From assembly GCA_902572155.1 (NCBI GenBank), contig CACGET010000001.1, positions 1-42,884 on the forward strand: DNA of 42,884 bases, given 5' to 3'. Shown piece by piece: positions 9,548 through 19,953 of this stretch. How positions within the stretch are numbered: position 1 is the stretch's first letter; each line of letters starts with the position of its first letter. The notes under the pieces are model-generated. The model was not told the DNA's origin. It worked only from the letters and a program-made list of their open reading frames with translations, and ran no database searches. The DNA is from an uncultured Pelagibacteraceae bacterium. GTDB lineage: Bacteria > Pseudomonadota > Alphaproteobacteria > Pelagibacterales > Pelagibacteraceae. The translations under genes were made by a program, and so were the position numbers.

Positions 9548-11004
9548 TGTTAGATATAACAAAACAATCATTATCTGAATTAGTAGAAAACGTAAAAAGT
9601 AAAAAACTTTCTTCAAGTGAAATTACAAAAGCATTTGTTGAAAGGTCAGAAAAATCAAAAGAATTAAATGCATATATAACAGAAGATTATGCAAACGCTT
9701 TAGATAAAGCAAAAAAGTTTGATGAAAAACCTAATTTTAATTTAAAATTACCTGGTATTCCAATGGCTGTAAAAGATTTATTTTGTACAAAAGATTTAAA
9801 AACTACGGCGGGTAGTAAAATTTTAAATAATTTTGTTCCAACTTACGAGTCAACTGTCACACAGAATATTTGGAATGAGGGCGCTATCCTCATGGGAAAA
9901 TTAAATTGTGATGAATTTGCTATGGGCTCATCTAATGAAACTAGTTTTTATGGTAATGTACAAAATCCAATTGATAAGAATTTAGTTCCAGGAGGATCAT
10001 CTGGTGGATCATCTTCTGCTGTAGCTGCCCAATTGACACCAATAACTATTGGAACGGATACAGGTGGATCTATAAGACAGCCTGCTTCTTTTACGGGAAC
10101 AGTTGGATTAAAACCTACATATGGTAGTTGTTCAAGATACGGAATTGTAGCTTTTGCATCATCGTTAGATCAAGCAGGACCTATGGCGCAAAATGTAAAA
10201 GACTGTGCGTTGTTACAAGAAGTAATCAGTACTTATGATGAAAAAGATTCCACATCAATAGATTTTAAAAGAAATGAGTATAGCAGAGAATTAACAAGAG
10301 ATATTAAAGGTAAAAAAATTGGAATACCTAAAGAATATAGAGTTGATGGCATGCCCAAGGAAATAGAAGATCTTTGGAAAAAAGGTATTGAATATGCAAA
10401 AGATTGTGGTGCTGAAATTATCGATATATCTCTACCTCATACAAATTATGCCCTACCAACTTACTACATTGTGGCACCAGCTGAAGCATCATCAAATTTA
10501 GCTCGATACGATGGTGTTAAATATGGATTTAGAGCAAAGGGAGAAAATCTTATAGACATGTATGAAAAGACTAGATCAGAGGGTTTTGGTGCAGAAGTTC
10601 AAAGAAGAATTATGATTGGAACTTATGTTTTATCATCAGGCTATTATGATGCTTATTATCTTAAAGCTCAAAAAGTCAGAAAACTAATTAAAAATGATTT
10701 TGATGAAGTATTTAAAAAAGTTGACGCAATTCTCACACCTTCAACGCCAAGTTCAGCATTTAAGATTGGAGAGAAGAAAGATGATCCAGTTTCAATGTAT
10801 TTAAATGATATTTTTACCGTACCAGTAAATTTAGCAGGTTTACCAGGAATTTCTATTCCAGCTGGACATGATGCTAAAGGATATCCACTTGGATTGCAAA
10901 TTATTGGTAAAGCTTTTGATGAACAAAATATATTAAACATTTCTTATGCCATGGAGGAAAAGATAGATTTTAAAAATAAGATTAATGATTGGTGGATTAA
11001 ATGA
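9547..11004 (+). CDS. gatA: Asp/Glu-tRNA amidotransferase subunit A
   Basis: Amidase signature GGSSGGS...[36 protein letters not shown]. Confidence 0.98.
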   Translation: MLDITKQSLSELVENVKSKKLSSSEITKAFVERSEKSKELNAYITEDYANALDKAKKFDEKPNFNLKLPGIPMAVKDLFCTKDLKTTAGSKILNNFVPTYESTVTQNIWNEGAILMGKLNCDEFAMGSSNETSFYGNVQNPIDKNLVPGGSSGGSSSAVAAQLTPITIGTDTGGSIRQPASFTGTVGLKPTYGSCSRYGIVAFASSLDQAGPMAQNVKDCALLQEVISTYDEKDSTSIDFKRNEYSRELTRDIKGKKIGIPKEYRVDGMPKEIEDLWKKGIEYAKDCGAEIIDISLPHTNYALPTYYIVAPAEASSNLARYDGVKYGFRAKGENLIDMYEKTRSEGFGAEVQRRIMIGTYVLSSGYYDAYYLKAQKVRKLIKNDFDEVFKKVDAILTPSTPSSAFKIGEKKDDPVSMYLNDIFTVPVNLAGLPGISIPAGHDAKGYPLGLQIIGKAFDEQNILNISYAMEEKIDFKNKINDWWIK

Positions 11005-12476
11005 GTAAAAATAATTCAGAATATCTAATTAATAGGAAAGACAATCAATATGAAGTTGTAATAGGACTAGAGGTTCACGCACAAGTTACTTCAGAATCAA
11101 AATTATTCTCATCATCTGCAACTAAATTTGGCGCTGAACCTAATACTCAAGTAAGTTTAGTTGATGCTGCATTTCCTGGAATGTTACCAGTAATTAATGA
11201 ATTTTGTGTAAAACAAGCAATTAAAACAGGCATTGGTCTTAATGCTAAAATTAATAAACGATCAGTATTTGACAGAAAAAATTATTTTTATGCGGATTTA
11301 CCTCAAGGGTATCAAATCTCTCAATTTAAAGACCCAATAGTAGGTGAGGGTAAGGTTTTTTTAGATATGTCAGAGGGTCAGAAAGAAGTAGGTATTGAAA
11401 GATTACATTTAGAACAGGATGCAGGAAAAAGTATTCATGATCTTGATCCTCAAAGTACATTTGTTGATTTGAATAGATCTGGCGTAGCTTTGATGGAAAT
11501 TGTCAGTAAACCTGATCTTAGATCTCCTGACGAAGTCAGCACATATATTAAAAAATTAAGATCAATTATGAGATATTTAGGAACTTGCGATGGAAACATG
11601 CAAGAAGGATCACTGAGAGCAGATGTTAATGTTTCTGTGAGAATAAAAGGCTCAAAGGAATTCGGTACTAGATGTGAAATTAAGAATGTAAATTCTATTA
11701 AGTTTATGCAAATGGCTATTGAATATGAAGCTAATAGACAAGTTGATTTAATTGAAGAAGGTAAATCAATCGATCAAGAAACTCGTCTCTTTGATACAAA
11801 AAAAAATGAAACAAGATCAATGAGATCTAAAGAAGATGCTCATGATTATAGATATTTTCCAGATCCAGACTTACTTCCTTTAGAAGTTTCTGATGAATTT
11901 GTTAATAAGATTAGGTCTGATATTCCTGAATTACCAGATGATAAAAAGAAAAGATTTATTGATAAGTTTAAACTGACAGCCTATGAGGCTAATATTTTAG
12001 TTTCAGATATTGATATAGCAAAATATTTTGAGGATGTTGTAGCAAAGATGGGAAAAAATAAAGATATAAAATTAGCTGTTAATTGGATCACAGGTGAGTT
12101 ATTTGCAGTTTTGAATAATAAAAACCTGGAAATTTCTCAAAGTCCAGTTAGTTCAAAAAATTTAGCAATATTAGTGAATTTAATTAAAAATGGAACAATT
12201 TCAGGAAAAATTGCTAAGACAGTATTTGAATTAATGATAGATGGTGATAAAGATCCCCAAAAAATTGTTGAGGAAAAAGAATTAAAACAACAAAGTGATC
12301 CTAAAGCTTTAGAAGCAATAATAGATAAAATAATCAATGAAAATAGAGATAAAGCCGTTGAATATAAACAGGGTAAAGAAAAATTATTTGGTTTTTTTGT
12401 TGGTCAAGCAATGAAAGCTTCGGGCGGTAAAGCTAATCCTCAATTAATTAATGAGATATTAAAGAAAAAGCTTTAA
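11001..12476 (+). CDS. gatB: Asp/Glu-tRNA amidotransferase subunit B
   Basis: [58 protein letters not shown]. Confidence 0.98.
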   Translation: MSKNNSEYLINRKDNQYEVVIGLEVHAQVTSESKLFSSSATKFGAEPNTQVSLVDAAFPGMLPVINEFCVKQAIKTGIGLNAKINKRSVFDRKNYFYADLPQGYQISQFKDPIVGEGKVFLDMSEGQKEVGIERLHLEQDAGKSIHDLDPQSTFVDLNRSGVALMEIVSKPDLRSPDEVSTYIKKLRSIMRYLGTCDGNMQEGSLRADVNVSVRIKGSKEFGTRCEIKNVNSIKFMQMAIEYEANRQVDLIEEGKSIDQETRLFDTKKNETRSMRSKEDAHDYRYFPDPDLLPLEVSDEFVNKIRSDIPELPDDKKKRFIDKFKLTAYEANILVSDIDIAKYFEDVVAKMGKNKDIKLAVNWITGELFAVLNNKNLEISQSPVSSKNLAILVNLIKNGTISGKIAKTVFELMIDGDKDPQKIVEEKELKQQSDPKALEAIIDKIINENRDKAVEYKQGKEKLFGFFVGQAMKASGGKANPQLINEILKKKL

Positions 12477-12480
12477 CACA

Positions 12481-13131
12481 ATGGGTGGAAACCTTGATAT
12501 CACAGATAAATTACAAAATTATATCAATGATTTTGGTTTAAAGTTAAATCCAATTCAAAAAGAAATAATTAATTATAATAAATCACTAGGGGATGTTAAA
12601 AGAATGCAAGTTGATCCTGTTCAATGCCACTTTCTTCATTTAATTATAAAGGTCTCAAACATTAAAAATGTACTTGAAATAGGAACTTTTACGGGACTTA
12701 GCGCACTTTCAATTTCACTTGCATTGCCTGATGATGGAAAATTAATTGCTCTAGATAAAAATGAAGATACGAACAAAATAGCAATGGATTTTTTTAAGAA
12801 GGCCAATCAAAATCATAAAATTCAAACAATAATAAATCCTGCACTTTATACTTTAGAAGAGTTAAGTAATCAAAAGTTTGATATGGTTTTTATAGATGCA
12901 GATAAGATGAATTATAAAAAATATTATGAAAAATCTTTAGGATTAATAAATCAAGGTGGATTAATTATTATTGATAATGTTTTATGGCACGGAGAAGTTG
13001 CTGATGAAAAAAATGATGACAAATTTACAATTAATATTAGAGAATTTAATAAATTTGTATCAGAAGATAAGAGGGTAGAACAAATTATTATCCCATTAGG
13101 TGATGGAATGACTGTATGTAGAGTATTATAA
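12481..13131 (+). CDS. Class I SAM-dependent O-methyltransferase (caffeoyl-CoA OMT / TrmR(YrrM)-like family)
   Basis: VLEIGTFTGLSAL SAM motif, FDMVFIDADK and DNVLWHG metal-binding motifs, PLGDGMT. Confidence 0.88.
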   Translation: MGGNLDITDKLQNYINDFGLKLNPIQKEIINYNKSLGDVKRMQVDPVQCHFLHLIIKVSNIKNVLEIGTFTGLSALSISLALPDDGKLIALDKNEDTNKIAMDFFKKANQNHKIQTIINPALYTLEELSNQKFDMVFIDADKMNYKKYYEKSLGLINQGGLIIIDNVLWHGEVADEKNDDKFTINIREFNKFVSEDKRVEQIIIPLGDGMTVCRVL

Positions 13132-14039
13132 TGTTTAAAGTTTTTGGTTTCTATAAATTTATCAAAATTAAATCATTAAAAAGAAACAAAGATATTTTAC
13201 AAGAATTTATTTTATCAAATAATATAAGGGGAACAATAATTATTTCAAAAGAAGGATTAAATGGAACTATATCAGGTCGTATTAAAGATATTGATATAAC
13301 AATTAAAAAATTAAAATCTTTATTCTTATTTAAGCATTTTGATAATAACAATTCGTCTAAATCTAAATTTCAACCATTTCAAAAACCTAAAATAAAGATT
13401 AAAAAAGAAGTTGTACCAATGAATTTGATATTAAATTCTAGAGAAAGAAATACTAAATCACACTTAAATCCAAAAGAATGGAATGAATTAATAAAAGATA
13501 AAGATACACATATTATTGATACTAGAAAACCTTTTGAGCATAAAGTTGGCACATTTAAAAAATCAGTAAATCCCAACGTAAATAATTTTAGAGATTTTCC
13601 TAAATATTTGAATAAGCTTAAAAAAAATAAACCAGTTGCCATGTTCTGTACTGGTGGAATACGTTGTGAAAAAACATCTGTATATTTAAAGAAGAAAGGA
13701 TTTAAGAATATATATCAGCTAAACGGTGGTATTTTAAATTACCTAAAGAAAATTAATAAAAAAGACAGTTTATGGAGAGGAGAGTGTTTTGTTTTTGATA
13801 ACAGAATTAGTCTCAAACATGGTTTGGTTTTAGGTTCTTATTCTATATGTAGTGGTTGCAGAATGCCTATTTCATCAAAAGACAAAAGATCTAAAAAATT
13901 TGAGGAAGGTGTTTCGTGTCCAAATTGTTATAACAACCTAACAGAGTCACAAAAATCACGTTTTAGAATGAGACAAAGTCAGATATACAAAGCGAAACAA
14001 TCTGGAAAAAAATATATTTTCCAAAAAGAATTTAAATAA
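13131..14039 (+). CDS. trhO: Rhodanese-domain tRNA uridine(34) hydroxylase (YceA/UPF0176)
   Basis: FYKF, GTIIISKEGLNGT, KIKKEVV, MFCTGGIRCEK, LNGGILNY, GECFVFDNR, C-terminal CSGC...CPNC. Confidence 0.92.
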   Translation: MFKVFGFYKFIKIKSLKRNKDILQEFILSNNIRGTIIISKEGLNGTISGRIKDIDITIKKLKSLFLFKHFDNNNSSKSKFQPFQKPKIKIKKEVVPMNLILNSRERNTKSHLNPKEWNELIKDKDTHIIDTRKPFEHKVGTFKKSVNPNVNNFRDFPKYLNKLKKNKPVAMFCTGGIRCEKTSVYLKKKGFKNIYQLNGGILNYLKKINKKDSLWRGECFVFDNRISLKHGLVLGSYSICSGCRMPISSKDKRSKKFEEGVSCPNCYNNLTESQKSRFRMRQSQIYKAKQSGKKYIFQKEFK

Positions 14040-14047
14040 GGATATTT

Positions 14048-15418
14048 TTGTCTACCTCATACAAGCTCACTAAAGATCCAATATGGTTTTTACTTCGTAA
14101 GGTTACAATACCTGCAAGTGTTGGATCTCTTTTTCAAACATTTTATAATCTTGTTGATACTTGGTTTGCAGGAAAAATATCAGCTGAAGCAATAGGTGCG
14201 ATAGCTAAATCATTTCCAATTTATTTTACCATAATTGCTGTTGGTGTTGGAATAGGTGCGGCTACTAATGCAATGATTGGTAATTCAATAGGTGAAAGGA
14301 AAGAGAGAGTTGCATCTATGTATATAGCTCAATCTTTAATTTTTGCTTTAGGAATTTCAATTTTAGTAACAATTTTTGGACTAAATGCATCTAATTTTCT
14401 TCTTGGAGTAATGGGATCTGATACCGCTGGTATTGAACTTACTAGAGAATATTTAGATATTATTTTTTATGGAACTTTTATTGTATTAATTCAAATTTCT
14501 TTAAATGGAACATTAAATGCTCAAGGCGATACCAAAAGTTATAGAAATGTTTTAATATTTAGTTTTTTCTTAAATATTTTTCTTAATCCTCTTTTTATAT
14601 GGGGTTATGGAATTATTCCTGCTTTTGGTATAGCTGGACTTGCTATAGCAACAGTGATTTCACAACTGATTGGAACAATCTATTTAGCCTATAAAGTTAA
14701 TAATTGTAAAATCAAAAAATACTTAAAATTAGTATGTTTTATTCCTAAGTTTGAATATCTAAATCCTTTAACAAGGCAGTCGGTTCCAGTTATGTTTAGC
14801 ATGTTATTTATTGGAGTTGGTATTTTTAATATTTTATATTTTATTGGACAATTTGGCGATTTAGCTACAGCGGGATATGGAGCAGCTTTAAGAGTAGAAC
14901 AAGTTTTTTTACTTCCAGTCATTGGATTAAATACAGCGGTACTTTCAATAGGAGGTCAAAACTTTGGCGCAAAAGCTTTTGATAGAATAAGAGAATTATA
15001 CACAAAAGCATTATTTTTTGGATCTTCTTTTATGGCTGTTGCTGGAATAATATTATTTTTTGGTGCTGAGTTTTTTGTGTCTTTATTTACAGACAATCAA
15101 GAAGCAGTGAAACATGGTGCAATTTACTTAAAAGTTGCAGCTTTGATTGGGCCAATTTATCCAGTATTCTTTATCACAACAGCTGTATTTCAAGCTGTAA
15201 AGAAACCTCTTTATAGTCTTTATTTAAGTATTTTGAGATTAACAGCGTTTCCATTTTTAAGCTTATGGTACGTAATTAATATTAGAGGAGGAGATTATGA
15301 GGATATATTTTATACAATTATGGCTACTAATTGGTTAATGGGAATTGCTGTTTTGATATTTATTGGTTATTTTCTAAATAATGTATTTAAACAAAATAAA
15401 TCTCTTTTTAGTTATTAG
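14048..15418 (+). CDS. MATE family efflux transporter
   Basis: About 12 hydrophobic segments; YNLVDTWFAG, GDTKS...NIFLNPLFI, GIAGLAIATVISQ, GQNFGAK. TTG start. Confidence 0.9.
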   Translation: MSTSYKLTKDPIWFLLRKVTIPASVGSLFQTFYNLVDTWFAGKISAEAIGAIAKSFPIYFTIIAVGVGIGAATNAMIGNSIGERKERVASMYIAQSLIFALGISILVTIFGLNASNFLLGVMGSDTAGIELTREYLDIIFYGTFIVLIQISLNGTLNAQGDTKSYRNVLIFSFFLNIFLNPLFIWGYGIIPAFGIAGLAIATVISQLIGTIYLAYKVNNCKIKKYLKLVCFIPKFEYLNPLTRQSVPVMFSMLFIGVGIFNILYFIGQFGDLATAGYGAALRVEQVFLLPVIGLNTAVLSIGGQNFGAKAFDRIRELYTKALFFGSSFMAVAGIILFFGAEFFVSLFTDNQEAVKHGAIYLKVAALIGPIYPVFFITTAVFQAVKKPLYSLYLSILRLTAFPFLSLWYVINIRGGDYEDIFYTIMATNWLMGIAVLIFIGYFLNNVFKQNKSLFSY

Positions 15419-15860
15419 TATTTGTCTAGTATTTTTTTTTCTAACTTATTTTGATGTAAAATCTCAAGAATTGAAGATTGTAGACGGTGATACAATTCAT
15501 TTAAATTCAGAAAAAATAAGATTTACTGGTATTGATACTCCTGAGTTAAAGCAAACATGCATAAAAGATAATGAAGTAATTCAATGTGGAAAAAAAGCAA
15601 AAGATTTATTAATTAAACGAATTGGTAATAGTAAAGTTAATTGCATTAAAGAAGGTAAAGATAGATATGGTAGAATTTTAGCAGAATGCTTTATTGAAAA
15701 TATTAGTTTATCAAGTTATTTAGTAAGGAATGGATATGCATTTGCATATAGAAAATATTCTCAAAAATTTATACCAGATGAGGATTTTGCACGAATAAAT
15801 AAAAATGGAATGTGGTCTATGACATTTGAATTTCCGTGGGAATACAGAAAAAAAAATTAA
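15381..15860 (+). CDS. Thermonuclease (SNase-like) with N-terminal signal/anchor
   Basis: IVDGDTI, IRFTGIDTPE, DRYGRILA, LVRNGYA, G.W...PWEYR; hydrophobic N-terminus. Confidence 0.9.
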   Translation: MYLNKINLFLVISICLVFFFLTYFDVKSQELKIVDGDTIHLNSEKIRFTGIDTPELKQTCIKDNEVIQCGKKAKDLLIKRIGNSKVNCIKEGKDRYGRILAECFIENISLSSYLVRNGYAFAYRKYSQKFIPDEDFARINKNGMWSMTFEFPWEYRKKN

Positions 15861-15862
15861 TA

Positions 15863-17032
15863 ATGAATAATACAAATTATAATTGGAATTACCCCACAAC
15901 TATATGGGTTGGGCAAAATAGAATCAAAGATTTATCTTTAGCCTGTAAAAAATTAAATATCAGTAAACCACTATTTGTAACAGATAGGGAATTAGTTAAA
16001 TCTAATATTGTAAAAAAAACATTATTAGATTTAAAAAAAGAGAATTTATCATTTGAGACATTCTCTAATGTATCTGGTAATCCATGTGGGTCTCATGTAG
16101 AGGAAGGAGTTAATTTTTTTAATCAAAAAAAGTGTGATGGTATAATTGCTTTTGGTGGTGGTAGTGGATTAGATGTGGGAAAAGCAATAGCCTTTATGTC
16201 TGGTCAAAATCTACCAATATGGGATTTTGAGGATATTGGAGACAATTGGACAAGAGCAAATAATGATAAGATTTCACCAATTATAGCTGTACCCACAACA
16301 GCAGGAACTGGTTCTGAAACTGGTAGAGCATCTGTAATTCTAGATGAAACAACCGGTGTTAAAAAAATTATTTTTCATCCTAAATTTTTACCTTCAATAG
16401 TTATTTTAGATCCTATTCTAACAATTGATTTACCATCAAATATTACTGCTGCCACAGGAATGGATGCTTTAGCTCATAACCTTGAAGCTTTTTGTGCACC
16501 AGGCTACCATCCAATGGCTGATGGTATTGCAATAGAAGGAATGAAATTAATTAAAAATTCACTTTTGGAGGTTGTAAATAATGGATCTAATATAGAAGCT
16601 CGAATGAATATGTTAACTGCTTCAAGTATGGGGTCGACAGCATTTCAAAAAGGATTGGGTGCAATACATTCATTAAGTCACCCTTTAAACGCACAACATA
16701 ATATACATCATGGATTGTCTAATGCTATATTTATGCCTTATGTTTTAACATTTAACAAAACTTTTATAGAAAAAAGAATTATCTTAATATGTGAATACTT
16801 GAATATGGAAAAAAACTTTGAAACTTTTTTAAATTGGATATTGCATTTAAGAAAAGAGCTTGAAATTCCTCACAAAATTACAGACATCATAGATCCAAAA
16901 GATATTAATTTGGATAAGCTATCAAAAATGGCTCTAGATGATCCATCAACGTCATCTAATCCAAGAAAATTAAATATAAATGATATGAGAATTATGTATG
17001 AGCATAGTATTTCAGGAGAATTATTTAAATGA
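15863..17032 (+). CDS. Iron-containing alcohol dehydrogenase
   Basis: GGGSGLDVGK, PTTAGTGSE, GMDALAHNLEA, GAIHSLSH, HHGLSNA iron ligands. Start at ATG 15863 (MNNTNYNWNYPT). Confidence 0.92.
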   Translation: MNNTNYNWNYPTTIWVGQNRIKDLSLACKKLNISKPLFVTDRELVKSNIVKKTLLDLKKENLSFETFSNVSGNPCGSHVEEGVNFFNQKKCDGIIAFGGGSGLDVGKAIAFMSGQNLPIWDFEDIGDNWTRANNDKISPIIAVPTTAGTGSETGRASVILDETTGVKKIIFHPKFLPSIVILDPILTIDLPSNITAATGMDALAHNLEAFCAPGYHPMADGIAIEGMKLIKNSLLEVVNNGSNIEARMNMLTASSMGSTAFQKGLGAIHSLSHPLNAQHNIHHGLSNAIFMPYVLTFNKTFIEKRIILICEYLNMEKNFETFLNWILHLRKELEIPHKITDIIDPKDINLDKLSKMALDDPSTSSNPRKLNINDMRIMYEHSISGELFK

Positions 17033-17811
17033 AAAAAATTTTACTGGTAGAAGGAAATTTAAGAGAAGAAAATCAAAGTTTTACCGATGGAGGTATCAAA
17101 ACTCATACTGAAAGTTTAAAAGACAGTATTGGTTTTTTTACAAATAAACTTGAATTAGATGTTGTAAACCCATCATCTGATAAGAATTTGTCTGAAGTTA
17201 CTGAAGATTTAACAAAGTATGATGGCATGATTTGGGGCGGTAGCAGTCTTAATATTTATAATGATACTGTTGAAATAAGAAGACAATTAGATTTCATGAA
17301 AGAATGTCAAAAAAAAATTAAGAATATTTTAGCTATTTGCTGGGGTTTACAAGTGGCGGTGACTGTAGCTGGAGGTATTGTTAAAAGATGTAATAAAGGT
17401 GCACATAGAGGAATCGCACATAATGTCAAAATTAATAAAAATGGTTTATCACACCCATTATATAAAAATAAAAATGAAACTTTTAATACTCCAGCATTTA
17501 ATTTTGATGAAGTTGTAACACTACCAAACAACTCTACATTGTTGTCTTCCAACGAAATAAATAATGTAATGGGTATAAATTTTAAAAATGGAGTTAGTGA
17601 TATTTGGGGAATCCAATATCATCCTGAAATCACATACGATAAAATGATTACATTAATTCATTTTAGAAAAAACAGATTGTTAAATAATAAGGCTTTTATA
17701 GATGAAGACGAAATTAACTGTCATGTAAAAATGATTGCTGAAGAGAATAAAATTACAAATAAAAATAATAGAATGAGAGAGCTTGAAAATTGGTTAAACA
17801 AGATTCTTTAG
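17029..17811 (+). CDS. Class I glutamine amidotransferase-like hydrolase
   Basis: WGGS oxyanion strand, AICWGLQ nucleophile elbow and GIQYHPE (Cys-His-Glu triad). ATGA overlap with the ADH. Confidence 0.85.
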   Translation: MKKILLVEGNLREENQSFTDGGIKTHTESLKDSIGFFTNKLELDVVNPSSDKNLSEVTEDLTKYDGMIWGGSSLNIYNDTVEIRRQLDFMKECQKKIKNILAICWGLQVAVTVAGGIVKRCNKGAHRGIAHNVKINKNGLSHPLYKNKNETFNTPAFNFDEVVTLPNNSTLLSSNEINNVMGINFKNGVSDIWGIQYHPEITYDKMITLIHFRKNRLLNNKAFIDEDEINCHVKMIAEENKITNKNNRMRELENWLNKIL

Positions 17812-17815
17812 ATAA

Positions 17816-18547
17816 TTAATTATTTTTTAATTTTTTTTCTAATTTTCTTACGAAATAAGAGACAATTAATATTAATATTAGATATTCTAATATTAAAAAA
17901 GTATAGATTTCTAAAGGTCTATAAGTTGTAACTACTAATTCATTTGCTTTTCTAGTCAAATCACCAATTCCAATTATAGATACTAATGATGACATTTTTA
18001 ATACATAAACAAATTGATTTCCTATAGCGGGCAAGATATTTTTTATTGCTTGTGGCATTATTACTAATCTTAATCGTTTAAAAAAATTTAAACCTAAGGA
18101 ACTTCCAGCTTCCCATTGAGCTTTTTTAATTGAGTTTATTCCTGCTCTAAAGATTTCAGCTTGAAAAGCACTTTCACTTATTGATAAAGCGATTATCCCT
18201 GAAACAAATGGACTAAAACTAATACCAGTCATAATGGGTAATCCGTAGTAAATCCATAATATTAAAACTAATAATGGAATTGCTCTTACGATCTCAACAT
18301 AACCAATATTAATATAGGTCAGAAATTTATTTTTAGCCAAAGAGGGGATGGCAACAACAAATCCTAAAATCATTGATATAATAATTGAAACAACCGAAAT
18401 ATAGATAGTTGTTGTTAAGCCACTAAGTAAAAATTTAAGATTTGTAAGTCCTTCTATATTATTTGGCGATATTATGAACCAGCCTAATTCTTGGCCTGTG
18501 CAAGATGAAAGCGTTATAAATAAAAGTAAAAAAAATATCTTTTTCAC
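17816..18547 (-). CDS. Polar amino-acid ABC transporter permease (HisM/HisQ type)
   Basis: YVEIVRAIPLLV, AEIFRAGI..I.KAQWEAGSSLG (EAA loop), LKMSSLVSIIG. GTG start. Confidence 0.92.
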   Translation of the reverse strand: MKKIFFLLLFITLSSCTGQELGWFIISPNNIEGLTNLKFLLSGLTTTIYISVVSIIISMILGFVVAIPSLAKNKFLTYINIGYVEIVRAIPLLVLILWIYYGLPIMTGISFSPFVSGIIALSISESAFQAEIFRAGINSIKKAQWEAGSSLGLNFFKRLRLVIMPQAIKNILPAIGNQFVYVLKMSSLVSIIGIGDLTRKANELVVTTYRPLEIYTFLILEYLILILIVSYFVRKLEKKLKNN

Positions 18548-18587
18548 TTTTAAAGTTATAGAGAATTAATGAATAATTTCTAACTGA

Positions 18588-19355
18588 TTATAAACTTTTC
18601 AAATTGTATTTAGATAATAATTTTTCAAAAAAACCTGAGTTTTTTTTCTTTTCAATCCAATCACTTACGTAATCATTCCAAGCTGTATCCTTTTTAGGCA
18701 CCATCATTGCTAAAAAAGCTGGATTTTTTTCACCATCCGGAACTATTGCTAATTGAGGATAAGTGATTACCAATTTATTAGCCTCTGTAGAACTTGTAAT
18801 ATTTCCGTCTGCTCTTCCAGCTAAAACTTCTTGGAAATCTCTTGCTGGAGCTTCAACTGATTTTAATGTTGATTTTGGAAAAAATTCTTTAGCTTTTTGT
18901 TCTTGAGAAGTTCCAAGAGTTGTAGCGATTGTTACATTGCTGTTATTTAATGAGTCCCATGTTGAAAATTTATTTAAATTTTTCTTTAGTACAAGAGGAA
19001 CTGTTCCATATTTATAATAAGTAGTTGTAAAACCAGCTACTTCTGCTCTTTTAGCTGTTTTAGTAACACTAGTTGAAATATCATATCTACCTGAAGTAAT
19101 TCCTGAAACTATTGTTTTCCATTCAGTTGGTACAAAAGTAACTTTTACACCCATATCTTTTGCTAACTCATTCATTACATCAATATCAAAACCTTTATAT
19201 TTATTAGTTGCTGGATCTTTCATAGTCATTGGATCCCAATCTCCTGTGGTACCAACTTTTAATTCACCAGAGGATAAAATTTGATCTAGCTTAGAGTCTG
19301 CGTTAACTGATAGGGGTAATAGCACCAATAGTGCAAGTAAGATAATTTTTTTCAT
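18588..19355 (-). CDS. Family 3 periplasmic solute-binding protein, cyclohexadienyl-dehydratase (PheC)-like
   Basis: Signal peptide [19 protein letters not shown] (start 19355), [17 protein letters not shown]...LAKDMGV, TEWKTIV..I..GRYDI. Confidence 0.88.
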   Translation of the reverse strand: MKKIILLALLVLLPLSVNADSKLDQILSSGELKVGTTGDWDPMTMKDPATNKYKGFDIDVMNELAKDMGVKVTFVPTEWKTIVSGITSGRYDISTSVTKTAKRAEVAGFTTTYYKYGTVPLVLKKNLNKFSTWDSLNNSNVTIATTLGTSQEQKAKEFFPKSTLKSVEAPARDFQEVLAGRADGNITSSTEANKLVITYPQLAIVPDGEKNPAFLAMMVPKKDTAWNDYVSDWIEKKKNSGFFEKLLSKYNLKSL

Positions 19356-19389
19356 GGTTACTTTTAGCTTAAAATTGTTAATTAGAAAT

Positions 19390-19953
19390 CTATAACCTTG
19401 ACGCACTATCATTTATCCAAGAGCATAAATGCTCTGAAAATGAACGTCTAACAAATAGATTAACTAAGTTTTGATCTTTATGATGAATTATAACATCTAT
19501 GTTATTTAGTAAAGTTTGAGTTGTAGAACCCTTTTTTTCCTTAAATTCATTAAAATTAAAAGGACTACCTGAGGAAAATAATTCAAAAATATTTTCTCCT
19601 TTTAATTCAAGCAATACAAATTGATCAGTTACATCAGTAACTGCTCCTAAATTAGTTTTAGAAATACTATTATATAGCGTCTCCTCTAATTCATATATAT
19701 TGCTATCTTTTTGAACTGTTTCATTTGAAAAGATCATCCACTCATCTGGACTTAACCAGATTGAGGTAAGTTTATCACTTGAAGTTGAAGTATTGGCTTC
19801 CGTAGGTAATATCATGTTTAAGTTTTTACCAACTGATGTAAAAAATTCTCTTTTTTTACCTCTTAAATTAAGTTTCATAATTGGTGAAATTTCTTTAATT
19901 AATAAACCATTATGGTTTATTTCATCTTTTAAAATACTATTATAATTAAGCAT
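19390..19953 (-). CDS. soxG: Sarcosine oxidase subunit gamma
   Basis: [28 protein letters not shown]; last gene of soxBDAG. Confidence 0.9.
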   Translation of the reverse strand: MLNYNSILKDEINHNGLLIKEISPIMKLNLRGKKREFFTSVGKNLNMILPTEANTSTSSDKLTSIWLSPDEWMIFSNETVQKDSNIYELEETLYNSISKTNLGAVTDVTDQFVLLELKGENIFELFSSGSPFNFNEFKEKKGSTTQTLLNNIDVIIHHKDQNLVNLFVRRSFSEHLCSWINDSASRL

